From positions 1,488,001 to 1,552,000 of the forward strand of contig OZ176058.1 of NCBI GenBank assembly GCA_964247055.1: 64,000 nucleotides of DNA, written 5' to 3'. Origin of the DNA: Paragordius varius (taxonomy: Eukaryota; Animalia; Nematomorpha). The translations under genes and the position numbers were made by a program. The notes beneath the pieces were generated by a model that ran no database searches, had not been told where the DNA came from, and saw only the letters and a list, made by a program, of their open reading frames with translations. Below are positions 13,860 through 27,599 of this stretch, piece after piece. Numbering within the stretch: the first letter of the stretch is position 1; every line of letters begins with the position of its first letter.

Positions 13860-16800
13860 AAGACGGAAGAAATCAACTATTTCCCGATAAAAGCCTATTT
13901 ATATATTTTTTTATATTTAACAATTTCTTCCATTTTTTTCTTTATGGTATATAATTTATGTTTTCGAATTCATTATTATAAAATTAAAACCGAGAGAACA
14001 TAGGCAAATTTTTTTCCCAACAAAACTTGATCCAGTAAATATTTTTGCGATAGATATTGAATGAAGCCGTTTTTTTGAAAAAAATCAGACTAAAGATATG
14101 TTAGGTTTATTGTGAAATATATAGATATAGCCAAAAAATATATGAATATAGGGACACAAATCGCTACATTAATTTACCCTATATTTGATTTAGAATTTGT
14201 TGCTAAAATATCAATTTCATCAAGATTGTCAATGTCGTAAATTATGAATTCATTTATCAATCGGACAAAATAACTAGAGGCCGAATGTTGGACACCTCTC
14301 ATAGATCATTTCAATGAATGCGTTAAATATATATATTTCTAATGGATCAAAATTGTTTTTAAGTATATGGTTTAAATGAGCGATGCTCAACACGCTTTTC
14401 GGTACCCAAATGTACTCTAAAATTTTTAAAGAAATTGGATATCAATCAAAAATTTATAATTTATATAATCCGAAATTGGGCACAAACTAAATAGAAAACC
14501 AAAAATTAAAAACCATGAAAATATTATGCATCTTACATTCTTTTTTAATGTTGGCCTATTTATTTTCTAGGATTGAGTAGTATAAAAATATTTCAAATAT
14601 AAATTTAGACGAAATGTACACCAATAATCACTTAAAATTATATATTATCGTTAAAAAGTTTAAGTTACTATATTTATCCCTTAAATCCAAAATATTAATT
14701 TAAAAATAAATATGATATAAAAATTTGATTAATTTTTTTATAACAGCCTTTTAACTATAATATATATACCGGCTAATGGTTCATGAATTGAAAATAAAAC
14801 AATATTTTGTCAAAAGTAAATCATGATACAAATTTTACAAATCAAAGTTTTCAACATACAAAAGTGTTTTTTCCCTTAAAGATTGAAATATTTCTTTGTA
14901 ATGGTAAGGACGGATTAGATTAGAATCATCTAAAATTCAAAAATAAATGACAAAATTCATCATGGCACTATCAATATATAGATGGAAGGTTAAAATATAA
15001 CATATAATATTAGATTTATATATTAGATGTTTACAAATATCATTTGGCAATTACTGGTTTTTAATAATTTATTGAAAAAATTTATTTTTGAATTATTTTA
15101 CATAAATTTTTATATAATTTAACAAGTTAGCAAATACAATGGGCAGATCGTCTGCGATCAGTTCTTAAAATTCCATCAAATTTCAAGGTCTTAAGTGAAA
15201 ACCAAGCCATCGATTCGTCGAGACTAAGCCCTGACCTCATTGTAACAAATGGCACTGATTGCTATATCATCGATCCCACAGTGCCGTTTGAAAACAGGCT
15301 AGAATCGTTCGAAACGGCGTTCAACAATAAATTAATGAAGTATAGCTGTATGGCTCAACAATTACAGGAAACATACAGCAACACCCAAGTCATTCCAGTT
15401 GTTGTTGGGAGCCTCGGCTCGTGGTATTCGAAAAACGATATTCTTTTTGAGAAGATCAAGTGATGCCCTACCCAACTAAAGAAATCAATTGTTACAATCA
15501 TAATTAAATCTGCCGACATGTACCACATGTTTATGAGCGGGCGAAATTCCCTCATAGACAACCCATCAAATGCATTTTTGTAATATTTTTTATATATATA
15601 TTTTTTTATTATATTTTTTTTTCTATATTTATGTATAATAATATTTTCTTTCTTCCCCCTTGTAACTTCCCCATGCCCAATATTGTTGCGTAGCACTTTT
15701 CTTCATATATTCTAAATTGTATTTCTTTATATATATTAATTAATTATATATGTAATTTTTGACTATGATATATATAAAAGTTTCAAATTTTAAAATGATC
15801 ACAAAATTTTGTCATATGTTATTAGTTTTTTTGTCTTTCTTTGGAATTTTATTTTATCCTTCCCCCCATCTTAAAAGTGATTTTTATATATAAAATAATT
15901 GATTTAGAATGGTAAATACTTTTTATGTATTTATAGATTTGTATTTTTTATTACTTTTTAATACTCTATTTTACTGCCTAATATAGCTGACGTTATTTTA
16001 TATGAAGGTTAAATTTTAATAAAATGTTTATAAGTAATACCTTGTCAATCAATGCATAGGTGTTTATATATTTTAAACGTATTATTTTACATAACATATT
16101 TAGTATTTGGCAAGTGAAGATATTTTTTCAATGTTTAATTTAAAACTGATTATTCTTCTTCAGAAGTTGGCCATTTAAGACATTTAAATCTCTACTTCAT
16201 GTATATTGACATATTCATAAAATTTAGATTTGGTACAGACCCTTGTTTTTTGGAAATTTATATGTTAGATATAATGTTTAGAGTTTTATTTTTTTATTAT
16301 ATTAAAATGGTAACAAAATGCCCCAGGACAAGAAAAGCTTCAGCTTGTCTGCACACAGCTGACACTCGTAATCGAAAAATTGTAGAGTTTTGATTTTGGC
16401 ACATCAACACGCACTAGAGCCCGGCCTTTTATCGGGTAAAACATTACACTTGATGGCGTAAAGAAAGGTTGAATTTGAAGAAAATTAGGAGGTGAGTGGC
16501 TCTCAGGGCTTTACAATACAGGTGGGCGAAAATTCATTAAATTGTTTGCTGATTTTTACTAATTTTTTCCTTTTATTTAATATTAAATATGTCTTGGGGT
16601 ATTTTCTTTTTTCCCTTAACTCCCTGTATATAAATAGCTCAGGCTGAATTGAATTAAATAATTTTTTGGATTATCATGGATAATGGTTTTTTTGGTTGAT
16701 AAAACCATTAACGGTTGGCAAAAGTTTTTTTATATTAAAACGCTCGCCTTGATTAAAGATGGGAGGATATATGCCCACCCAAAAGACTTAAATAAACCTT

Positions 16801-16960
16801 AATAGTACAAAAGAAATGAACTTAAATCATAATCTGACATAAGAGGAAATATAAATCTTAACTAATTTTTTATTTAAATAACATTGGTCCCTATATCCTA
16901 ATTAAAGAGAAAATGCGGTACAATTGTTTATCAATGAAGTTTTAGGGTTGTTTTATAAAG
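13860..16960 (-). pseudogene. Chain of degenerate non-LTR relics (families a2, c, d, d2)
   Basis: Truncated (Y)ADDL at 15147-15156 and YECQLCAD knuckle start at 16347-16370 on the minus strand. Inverted homologue of 23330-26000 and 31350-34400. Confidence 0.65.
15157..15700 (+). mobile_element. 5'-truncated NeSL/Utopia-like (R2 group) retrotransposon fragment: restriction-like endonuclease domain and 3' UTR
   Basis: Reads RLSPDLIV..IIDPTVPFEN..NKLMKY..VIPVVVGSLGSW..ND, a PD..D/K..KY REL signature. PFEN and GSLGSW are typical of NeSL/Utopia. Frameshift and stop present. GC is higher than in the flanks. The 3' boundary is uncertain. Confidence 0.85.
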
Positions 16961-17680
16961 AGATGGCGGGTATTCTCTGTCGACATATTCGTTTATCGGT
17001 GTTTATATTATTTCAGAAAAAATTGAAGATTAAACGGAATGAGTGGAAAAAAGGAAACGATTTTTATGTTAAATATAAAAATGCCCATTTATAAACAAGG
17101 CGTGATTTTACTTTTGTCCAATAGTGACATTATGTATATATATTTATTATTTTATATCAAAATATTATACTAAATTTATTGTTATCTCTCAAGTATAATT
17201 CAATCCAACATTAAAAAAAATTATTACTGAATTCGAAGCCGAAAACTTTTCCAAAAAATTCTTCAAAGTTTTATATTATATAAATGATAAATAGTAGAAA
17301 ATTTTTTCCTCAGCCGTGAAGGATTTTGCAACTAACAAAGGATTTATAAAACATAATTTGCATGGGTAAGCTAGGCATGGAACACATTGCCTCGACTATG
17401 ATCGCATTAAGGAAAGAAGTGTTAGTGCGGCATATCCCAGAAATTCAATTAAAATTATGTTCAAAAAGTGCTTTACATAAGGTGTATCTTTACCAAAATT
17501 TTTAATTTTATCTTTCAAAACTATAAATAAGGTCATTAAAAGATGTATGCTTCCTAACTCGTCTGTTTCCTCTAAAGTTCTAAATTGAATTAAGTATAGA
17601 TAAGAAAATCAAAATTAATTATTTTTGTTTTTACATTTTGTCTGTATAATAGTATTCCTACTGTAGCTTTACTTTTTCAT
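16960..17680 (-). pseudogene. Family k thumb/C-terminal relic
   Basis: Direct homologue of 9200-9960. Confidence 0.45.
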
Positions 17681-17689
17681 ATTGTCAAG

Positions 17690-18250
17690 TGTTAACTAGA
17701 TTTTAACAAAGCCAAAAATTTCATAGAGAAATTCTATACGCCGACGACATGTCCATAATGGCTTCATAGCTATTTGATAAACCATTTTTAATATAAATTA
17801 TACAAAAAGGACAACAATGTACATTTTAAGGGATTATATTTAGATGCAAATTATCTCCAAATTTTAACTTAAATTTTTAAAATTTTGAACATATTTTTAA
17901 AAAAGATAAGCGCCATCTATTTATTAATAGGTTATGTTATAGCAATTTTGGCCATTTGTTTCGAAAACTTCAAATACAATAATTAGACCATAAAATCCAA
18001 TCATTCATGAGTTTTTCATATCATATACACTAAAAACTATGCCTAATAATATATTATTTGGTTATTAATCAATTATAGCTTGTTGTTGGATATTTGTAAA
18101 ATAAATAATGTTTTTTAATATTAACGTTTCCGCAATCATACATCATTATTATTTTAATGTTTTTATTTTCAACCTCGAACCGCAGTAAATGAAAATGCCT
18201 GATTCTTACACCTCCATTAAATAAATTGTCTAAAATAATATAAACAATTG
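17690..18250 (+). pseudogene. Degenerate RT core (family b2)
   Basis: GAA ATT CTA TAC GCC GAC GAC ATG = EILYADDM, YADD at 17737-17748. Domain-7-like GCCATCTATTTATT at about 17912. Confidence 0.8.
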
Positions 18251-18379
18251 ATAATATATTTTGAATCGAATTCAATTTAAACATATCATTATATATTTTG
18301 AGTTTTCAAATATAAAACTGCATTTATTTAAGTAATAGTTTAAAATTTCATATAAATTAACTCAGAACATATGACGAGC

Positions 18380-19090
18380 TCCTTTACGAAAAAGCCTAGC
18401 AAATAGTTTTTTGTATTTTAATTTTTTTTTTAAATTAAGTTTATTTTTTCAATTCATATTAAAATAACCGAGACTTGGGAGAAATTTTTTTTCAAAAACT
18501 TGAACCATTAAATCTTCTTGGAAATGAAATTCACTTCGAAGGAAGCGCACCAAAAAAGATCAAATTTATATTCGTTTTTTTGTAAAAACATAGATAGAGG
18601 CAAAAAAATAATGAATATAGGGAGATTATTTGACCATACATTCTATAAATTTTTCCTAGTTGGCCGAAATTCGGAAGACATCATTTGGTAAATATGTTTA
18701 AAAATATTATTTTTATCAAATTTTTAATAATAAAAATTTTGTTATTCTCTTTATATCTCCGAATTTATGTGTGCATTAAATATCTTGAGGGCCTAGTGTT
18801 GGAAACATCTGACTTGGATCATTTTGATCAATTCGTTAAATATTTTTTAAAACATAATTTTTTTTAAGTATATGATCTAAAGTAGGGATGTTCAAAACGC
18901 TTTTGTACGCAGATGCGCTTTGAAAAATGTTAGAAAAATAAAAAATTGGATATCAATCAAAAATTTAGGATTTTTTAAAATATATGTCATCTAAAATTGC
19001 CCACAAACTAAATAAAAAATTAAAAATTATCAAAGCAGCCGCGAAAATATTTGTGTTGGACACGATACATTCTCTTTGGATTAACCTTTT
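18380..19090 (-). pseudogene. Family a thumb/C-terminal relic
   Basis: Inverted homologue of 7220-7940. Confidence 0.6.
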
Positions 19091-19098
19091 ATATATAT

Positions 19099-19328
19099 CA
19101 TTTACAATTCAAATTTACCCCTCGAACAATTTAAATTCACCCTCAATAAAATATATGTTTTTTAAGATTAAAATTTACCTATATTTTTAAATATTTTTTA
19201 AAAATAAATTTTGCTTAAAATTAATACTGAAAAAATAATAAACTATAAATTTCATGAGTTATCTTGGTTCGAAACATTTGTTCACGGGTGAATTTGAATC
19301 GTTCGAGGATGAATTGGAAATGTAAATG
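19099..19328. mobile_element. MITE-like foldback (copy 2)
   Basis: Inverted copy of 6979-7210 with the same TIRs and TA flanks. Confidence 0.65.
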
Positions 19329-19379
19329 GTATATATATATTATATATATTTTTTTATATTTTTAGTTTTCCTAGCTGCT

Positions 19380-19700
19380 ATTAGTTCATTAGATGAGATA
19401 TGTCATTTCCAACCAGAACTAGCCCATGTAAAGCAATCGTTTAGAAATATTATTTTAATGTTAATAAAATCAAATGTCTAAAATTTATTTATGGAAGCTG
19501 TTTATGCAATGCTAACAATTTTGCCACCCTAAAAGAATGTCGCAAAATTTGTAATTTTACCAATTTTGATGAGGTGTTTGGATGAATGGGCCAATATCAT
19601 AAAAACTATGTTGTTACGACAGAGGAAACTCCAAATGAATATTTTTTGTGAATAATACAGTATATGAATAAATTAATTAGTATTCGAAATTATGATTCAT
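19380..19700 (+). pseudogene. C-terminal relic with knuckle-like EETPNEYFL segment
   Basis: GAG GAA ACT CCA AAT GAA TAT TTT TTG at about 19621-19647 resembles the ET..H.L half of CCHC knuckles. The cysteines are mostly decayed. Confidence 0.4.
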
Positions 19701-19749
19701 GCAAAATATAAAAACATAATACAAATATTTTTTTAAAAGACTGATGTTA

Positions 19750-22700
19750 CTTTTTTAAACTTATTATAAATACAACCATTGATTAAATTCAAAATATGAA
19801 ATTGAGATTGATGGAATCATTTATATTGTTCAGTCATAATTAAATAATAAGGAGGATGGTTTAAAAAGTATGGTTGCTATTTAAAACAAACGTCTTTATG
19901 TTTGAACATTTTGTCTGTATATATATGTTTGTTGCTATTTTTTTTTTAATATTTTCAAATATAAGATTTACAGTAATGAGCAGTATTATTGGCAAAAGGC
20001 AAAAGGGAGAAAATAACTTCTTAAGCCATAAATATTACTCTTTATTGTAAGTTTTATCTGGCAATATTAAATTAACGCTATATTTTTAAAACTCATACTA
20101 TAATTATATGACTTTAATCATTTGTATCCTAAATTTTTTAAATATATACAATAATCAATGATGTGATTTTAGAGCTTATTAAATCTACATATGCTTTGTA
20201 TTTTAATATTTATCTTTTATATTTACACTTTCATTATAACGTATTCATTATAATCTAAAAAATAAATAGGCTCATATATAATAATTTTGCGTTTTTTAGT
20301 TTCTCAAGATTTTCCTTTTAATAAAATATAATCTTGTCTCTCAGGACAATCGAAATTTAAATACATAAATAAATGGATAAATACGAAAATCATAGACATT
20401 CAGCAAAATGGAAATTATAAACATAGAACGTAAAACTATATTACAAATTTTTTTAGAAAAAGCAACGATAATTTTTAACCTTAATCAATTGTTACCCTTT
20501 CATAATTGTAATTATGAAAAATAGCGAAAAATTGAGATTTACAAATGGCTGCTTAAGAAAAAATATTTATTTCGAAGCTTTTAAGTCATTTATTTTTTTT
20601 TCACCGCTTGAGATTAAAAACTAACCCGATTCTGACTGCTGAGAATATTCTACGTGGTACTAAATTATTTGTTCAACATTAAATGTTTCAAATCGTATAT
20701 TTGGTGTGAACCGATGCTAAAACGTTAATCAATATTATATTACATGGTTTTTATTTGCTATGGGTAAAAAGGAATAAAATATATATTAAAATAATGTGTA
20801 CCATTTTTAAATTTTGTATATAATTAATTTATTGGTATATTAAAATTACTGAATACAATAAAATTTTAATGCGATCGTCCATTACGTATAATAAAATTTA
20901 ATATCGTTGCAACCTTCAGACCATCATCTCGAAAAAACATTTTTGACAAGACTTACTAAAAAAATTGTTTCTATAGGCTTCACCAGTCCTAGAATATGAA
21001 GTGCAAAAGATAGATTTTTCTTGAATATCCCCAGATAGCTTATTCAGCAAAGAGCTTTGTAATTGGCGAATGGCATTAAATGTAATAAAAAAACTAGCAA
21101 TTTATACTTATTCATACTGTATTTCCCAGCCTTTGTATTTCTTTACTTTTTTCTAACTAAGTTCACGCCTTGATATTAAGATGTCCAGAATAGTGTGATG
21201 ATTTAAGCACTAAATTAATCATAATATTTTGGCTTAATTGTGATTAAGTAAAATATGGAAACAAAATTAATATATATATTTATCACATTAATTAATTCAT
21301 TCTATTATAAATACACTCTAATATACTATAATTTTTTTATTGATTCCAAAATGACTAGTCCTTTCACAAAAAATAATATTATAAAAATTTAAAACATAGA
21401 AATACGGCCTATTCCAGAACTCAAAACCCCAAAAAATGGAGACATAAATATATAAAAGCGTAAAGGATTTTATTTTATATGATAAATAATGGAAAAAGGT
21501 CTAATCTAAGCAAATATATTTATACAATTAACTATTCGTGTTATAAAACACTCCATTTTTGGTAAAATTTTGTGCCTAAAGCGATCTATTCAAATTTCTC
21601 CTTTAATTTTTAACAAATTGATTTAAATTTTTAAATATGTCTCAAGTAGTCTTTAGGTGAATTTAAAAAATATCTATAAATAATATTAACAGTTCGTATT
21701 TAAAACACATATTTCGACATTGTAATTAAACATAAACCTATATATAGATGTTAGAAAGAATAATGTAAGAATTATATGAATATATTTGATAACCATGCAA
21801 TAGCAAATTAATTAATGTGCAATAAAGATGGGAATATGCTAAAAAAACTTAACAATAAATGAAAAATATTTTTTAAAAAAGTTTAAACCTTGATTTTTCC
21901 CACATATACTATTGAATATAATTAAGTATATTATAATAATTTAAATTAATCCACATTTTACGACGGCACCGATGAGTAATATTGAAAAGCATTAAAAAAA
22001 TATGGTTATTTATTTAAAATTTTTTAATTTTCAACTAAATAGAAAAATGATTTAAAGCCAAAAATTGTAATTTCCATAGGAAATTCTCTGGCAGACCTTC
22101 TTCTATTGTCTTTCGATAGCTTCGTTTATTCAGATATATACTTTATTAATAAATAATCGCAAATAAAGATAAATTAAGTATATTTACATTATTTTATATT
22201 AATGTCCTAATTTTAAAAAACAATGTTTACATTATCTTATATAAAACTATTTACAAATACTCACCTGCCATCTATTTATTAAATCGACCCCATAACTGTA
22301 TTAAAATAGACAACAAATTTTGCCACTTGAGCTTGTTTGTATTTTCTGATATTTACTATTGAACGGTAAAATTTAAATTATATTATAAATCAAAGAATTA
22401 TATAATTTTATTTTTTATGATTATGCGCCCTCCAATAAATTTTACTAAAAATTGTTTTTCTTTAAAAACATACAACAAATGCCCATTTGTAATATATCAT
22501 TAATGAGGATTGAAATCATGAATATATGTTTACATCGATAGTTAATATTATAGATAGGAAGCGACCAACCAGCGAAGCAAGAGCATTTTTATTAATGAAT
22601 ATATTTTTTAAGCAAGAATATTTTTTGATCTAACACCAATTTTTTGCCTTTATGTCATTCAATAGAGCCATATTTAATTTTTAGTTGTTTTATTTAAATA

Positions 22701-23300
22701 AATTCCTATCACTATTAAAGATTAGAAGGCTAAAGAAATTTTGAAGACCAGAAGTATAGTTTAAATGTTCTTGATATTTATAACTATTATATAATAAATT
22801 TACAGTTATAATTATGCACATTACTAACCTCTAGGTAAAATAAATTTATAATATTTCAATAGTAATTTAAAAAGCCTTTTCAAAGTTTTTTTTACTAAAT
22901 TTTATGCTATGTAACCCTAATAATTATATTAAATTAATTTATCTAAATTTTAAATTAGTTCTGTCAAAATTATCGACTTAATTAAGTGGAGAAAAATTTG
23001 ACGATATAAACCCCGAATAACCTTTACATTTTGGTTTAAATGACTAAAAAAATTCAGTTTTCGCTCTTTCCAATGATATAAAATACATGGCACCACATCT
23101 AATTTTCAAAATTTTGATTTAATGTTAAATCGGGGCCAAAATTTTTCGAAAAACCATAATAAAAAAAATTCTTAGGTGTAAGAATATTTTTTTTACAGAT
23201 ATACCATTTTATACTATAAAGACATGATAAAAAGAATGGCACTTAAAAGTTAAAATTTGTTGTCGTGTTATAATAAAACGATTATAGCGCACTTTCTTTA
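19750..23300 (+). pseudogene. Longest non-LTR relic: possible AP-endonuclease remnant, RT, thumb and knuckle
   Basis: PSDHHL at 20913-20930 (APE-like, weak), RPIPELKT at 21405-21428 (RT domain 1-like), decayed EIL.AD.L at about 22080-22100, PSIY at about 22268, and SCY.KTII(A)HFL knuckle-like segment at about 23263-23300. Confidence 0.55.
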
Positions 23301-23329
23301 CAAAAGTCAATGAAAACAGGGACCAATGT

Positions 23330-23950
23330 TTTTTTAAATAAAAAAATGGCTGTTGATTTGTTTTGTCATCCGATTGTAATTTAGATTCTTTGTCTTACAC
23401 GTTCGATTTTAAGGTTTAAGTTTTGTTGTGTATATATATCCTCTGATCTTTATTTAAGGCTAAAATATTATATGTTTCGTGTTTGCAAAAACATCGTTTA
23501 AGACAGCCAAAAATTTAATCTATTCTAAAAATTGTTGTCATTCGATCCAAGAGGTATATGATAGAGTGACTTAAGAGTAAACAGAGACGTCGCAAGACAT
23601 ATCTAATACTAGAAAAATAGAGAAAATTAGTAAATAACACCAAAATTATATACTATGTTTGTAGATTTGACCGAATATCCAAGCCCAAGACAAGAAATAA
23701 TTTATCATTTCCTAATCTTTTAAGATCAATATAATCTAATTCAACCTGATTATAACCGATAGAAGGCCGAGCTCTTACAAAGCATGTATGGTGTGCAAAA
23801 ATGAAGCCCTAAATTCCGTAATATTTACGATTGTCAGCTGTGTGCAGGCGAGTTTTAAAAGTTTTATCTGTATAGTCGTTTTAATATAATTAAGTAAAAC
23901 TCTAAACACTGTATCTAATATATGGATGTTCAATAAACCGAGGTAACTGA
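23330..23950 (+). pseudogene. 5'-truncated C-terminal relic with CCHC knuckle (family d2)
   Basis: YDCQLCAGE at 23826-23852. Paralogues YVCQLCAGE (31723-31749), YECQLCAD (16347-16370 minus) and YDRQLYGEF*RLLHVLVQ (42053-42106). Confidence 0.7.
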
Positions 23951-23999
23951 ACTTAGAAAACTTATTTTTGATTATTGTTGATTTCTTACAATTATATAA

Positions 24000-25950
24000 C
24001 GATATGGCTTTTGCCTGATATTACACGTTGCTATTTTATAATTTTTGTTTAAAATTTTTTCATGATACCTATAATATCGTGATTACCTATACTTTCTGTG
24101 CCAAGTCTGTATAATATTAATTATGTTTATAGCATCCAAGAAGCAGAGATTGAGTCTTAAATGGCCAACTTCTGATGTAGTATAATGAGTTTTAAAAACA
24201 TTGAATTCATAGATTCTTTTGCCAAATACTAGAGGTGTGTTGAAATATAATACGCTTAAAATTTTTATACATACACGCAATGCAGATTGACAAGTATTAT
24301 ATTCCCTAATTTGTGATAAAATTAAACATTGAAATGAAAACATTATACTATTTTGACGTTTTAGTTTTAAATTAAATACGGCAACAACTGTAATAGGCAA
24401 GAAAAAAATTTAAAACTTTATAAATTGTTATTGGTACCATGCTCTACTGTAATTAGGTTTAATTTTTTGTAAAAAAAATCGCTTAAAAGATGGGTGGATA
24501 TAATAAAAATTTCAAAATATAGAGAAAAAGTTATAAAATATGACAAAATTAAGTGATCATATAACAATTAGCATTTATTAAAAAAATCATTGATAGCCAA
24601 AAATTACATATCCTAAGAAATGTTGTACGCAGACGATCTGTCCATTTTATTCGATAAGTATGCTAAATTATATATTGGTTTATTTGAGATAAATCGAAAA
24701 TGAGAATTTTAATAATTTATATTTAAATGCCTATAATTCCCAAACGTTAACACTAAATATTTATTTACTTCTATATAAATTTAAAAATTTAAAATATAAC
24801 CTACCATCTATATATTGATAGAGTCCCATGTTGAATTTTTTTGACATTTATTTTTATTGATAATGATATTTCACAGCAAATTCATAATTACAGTAAAGTT
24901 TAAAATTATATACCAAAATGATAATATTTTTTAAAAGGGTAAAAACACTATTTTCTATAAAAGGATTAGTTTAAGATAAACATTAATATCATATTTTATC
25001 TATTTTTTGGAAATCATTAAAATTCATTATAAGCCGATATAAGACGATAATATTGTTAGGAAAATGCCTGTATTGAAGAGTCAATATAACTTTGGATTAT
25101 CAATGAAATTTCAATCTTTATATCATATTTTTCAAAAATTTATAATTATTTGAGATTTTTATTCAGTAATATTAATGCCAACCTAATTTTTTAACGTTAA
25201 TATATAATTTTGAGTGATTATGTTTACGGTGTATTTTTTTTAATAAGAGAATTTTTATATACACAATCCGAGAAAATTAATATAGCGCTAAAAAAAGAGA
25301 ATGTATCGTGTCCAACACAAATATTTCGCCGCTGCTTAGATAATTTTTGGTTTTTTATTTAGTTTGTGCCCAATTTTGATGACATATGTTTTAAATAATC
25401 GTAAATTTTTGATTAATATCCAATTTTTATATTTCCAACATTTGTTTTAGCACTTTTGCGTAAAGAAAAGCGTAAACACCTCTTTTTTAAATCATATACT
25501 TATAATTTCGATCCATTAAAAATATATAATTAACGCATTCCTTGAAATGATCTAGGTCAAGGGTGTGGACCCTTCGGCCCTCTAAATATTTTGTGCGGTA
25601 AATTTACGCTATTTACAAAATCTAGATGAAATTGAATTTTTGCAAAAAAATTAATTTAAATATGGGGAAAATTAATGTATGGATAAATTGGGCCTTATAT
25701 TCATATATTTTATGGAAATATCTATATATTTCACATTAAAACAAACTATACTTAGTCTTATTTGTTGCAAAAAAACCGCTTTATTCTAAATCTATCGCAA
25801 AAATATTTATTCGATTGAGTTTATGTTGAGAAAAAACATGCCCCCGGTTCTCATCGGTTTCAATATTATAATGATGAATTCGAAAACATAGATTATAAGT
25901 TATATTTTCCATGAAAATAATGTAGGAAATTGTTGAATAAAAAATATTTT
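24000..25950 (+). pseudogene. 5'-truncated relic: RT domains 2-7, thumb and C-terminus
   Basis: MLYADDLS with YADD at 24626-24637, decayed A.DKV (domain 3) near 24280, thumb block at about 25303, and TCP..EFENI knuckle-like segment near 25838-25890. Confidence 0.75.
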
Positions 25951-27492
25951 TTAATGTAAAAAATATAAATACGCTTTTTTCCCGAATCGATAGTTGATTT
26001 CTAACGTCTTGAATTATTTATATTTGTAAAATTTTATGTTAATTTAAAAACTAAAAAAAATATAAAAATAATCATTGGTAATTTTTTTCATATTATTTCT
26101 TAAATTAAAGCAGTTAAAAATTTAATTTTGAACATTTTCATTTTTATAATTAAAGCTATGGCTGGCATAAGCCAATTCGGTATATAAGCCATAAGCGTAA
26201 ATTAAGTTAAGTTTCATGATTACAAAATGAAAATTTTGAAATATCTATTTTTTAAGAGTTAATATGATGCAAAGTATATTATTGATAATATTTTTAGCAG
26301 GCATTTTCGAATGAAATCCTCATATTTTAATGCGCATGATGTGAAAGAAAATATAAATTTTTTGAAAATAACACTAGTCGACAAATTTGGACATTTTAGC
26401 ACCACCACTCAAACTTTTAAATTATGACTAATTTCAGTGTTTTAAAACCGAATGTGAAAGAAATTTTGATCCCGCCAATCAGAATTTTGAAATATTATAG
26501 GTTTTTCAATTTTTCAAAAACAAGAGAAAATCGAGAGAAAATTAAATATAACTCTATAATAAAATGTTATTATATTATAAACTTAATATCATTTAATAAA
26601 GCGTTTTAAACTCTATCTTTTGAATATAAATATGTCATTTTCAGAGAGAAAAAAATAGTACGGACTTAAACGTCAAAATTTAGTCTTTTTCTTATAAGTG
26701 AATTTTAAATACGTATAAATTTTAAAAAAATACTAAAAAAGGCATTCTATGGTTTAAACCTTCGGCTTTTACATAGGCTATATTTTTTTTGTTAGTGTTC
26801 GTTCTTTCGAGTACTTATTAGGCTTTTTTTCTTGAGTTGGTTCTTACAAAAAAATCCTTTATTTATACCTAGTGGATATACATTATTTTTTAAAGTTATT
26901 GGTTGTTTTGTATTTCAAATCTCAGATGGATGTTGTGTAGCCACTTTTAGTAGAATTTACTATTATGGGATTGGACCATTTGTATTTACCTAATCGTTTT
27001 ATTCAATTTAATTGTAGAATTTATCTAACTTTATTCTGTGAATTGGTTAATTTGACATGGGGCTTATGTATAGTGTGATAGATCCGGGTGGCTGCACAAG
27101 CTCATATCCCTCAAGCGATCCAATTATGCCAGATATGGCAAAGATAACAATAAGTAATCGTAAAGCCCGATAAGAGAGACTTGCAAGCAAAATCCAAGCA
27201 AATTGAGATTTTTAATACTGCTCTTAGCTTGTTAAGTATCTTAATTAATGCCTAGAATTTTGTTATTCATGCATGGAATATTACTTGTATCGACTTGTTC
27301 GTTTGAATATTTAAACATATATACACGAGGAATGATTGTTATTTTTAAATTAAATACAAATTTAAAAATTAAATTTCGGAAAAATCCTATTGGTGGCCTC
27401 AATTTACTTTTTTGTTTTGGCCTTTCCATGCCATTAGGTATCAGAAAATGCAAAAATAATGGGGTGGTGCAAAACCTTGTTGAGCAGTGTAA

Positions 27493-27494
<2 letters not shown>

Positions 27495-27554
<60 letters not shown>
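27495..27554. repeat. (TA)n microsatellite
   Basis: Direct reading. Confidence 0.95.
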
Positions 27555-27557
<3 letters not shown>

Positions 27558-27599
27558 CTAAATTTTAAATTTAAAAAACCCATATACTTTATGAATAAT

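Noticed and set aside
15157-15167. ATCAGTTCTTA resembling U2 snRNA (ATCTGTTCTTA) at the NeSL/Utopia junction
   Set aside because: It is only 11 nt, lies at the 5' junction rather than the 3' one, and continues in frame into the element's coding sequence. No further U2 similarity.
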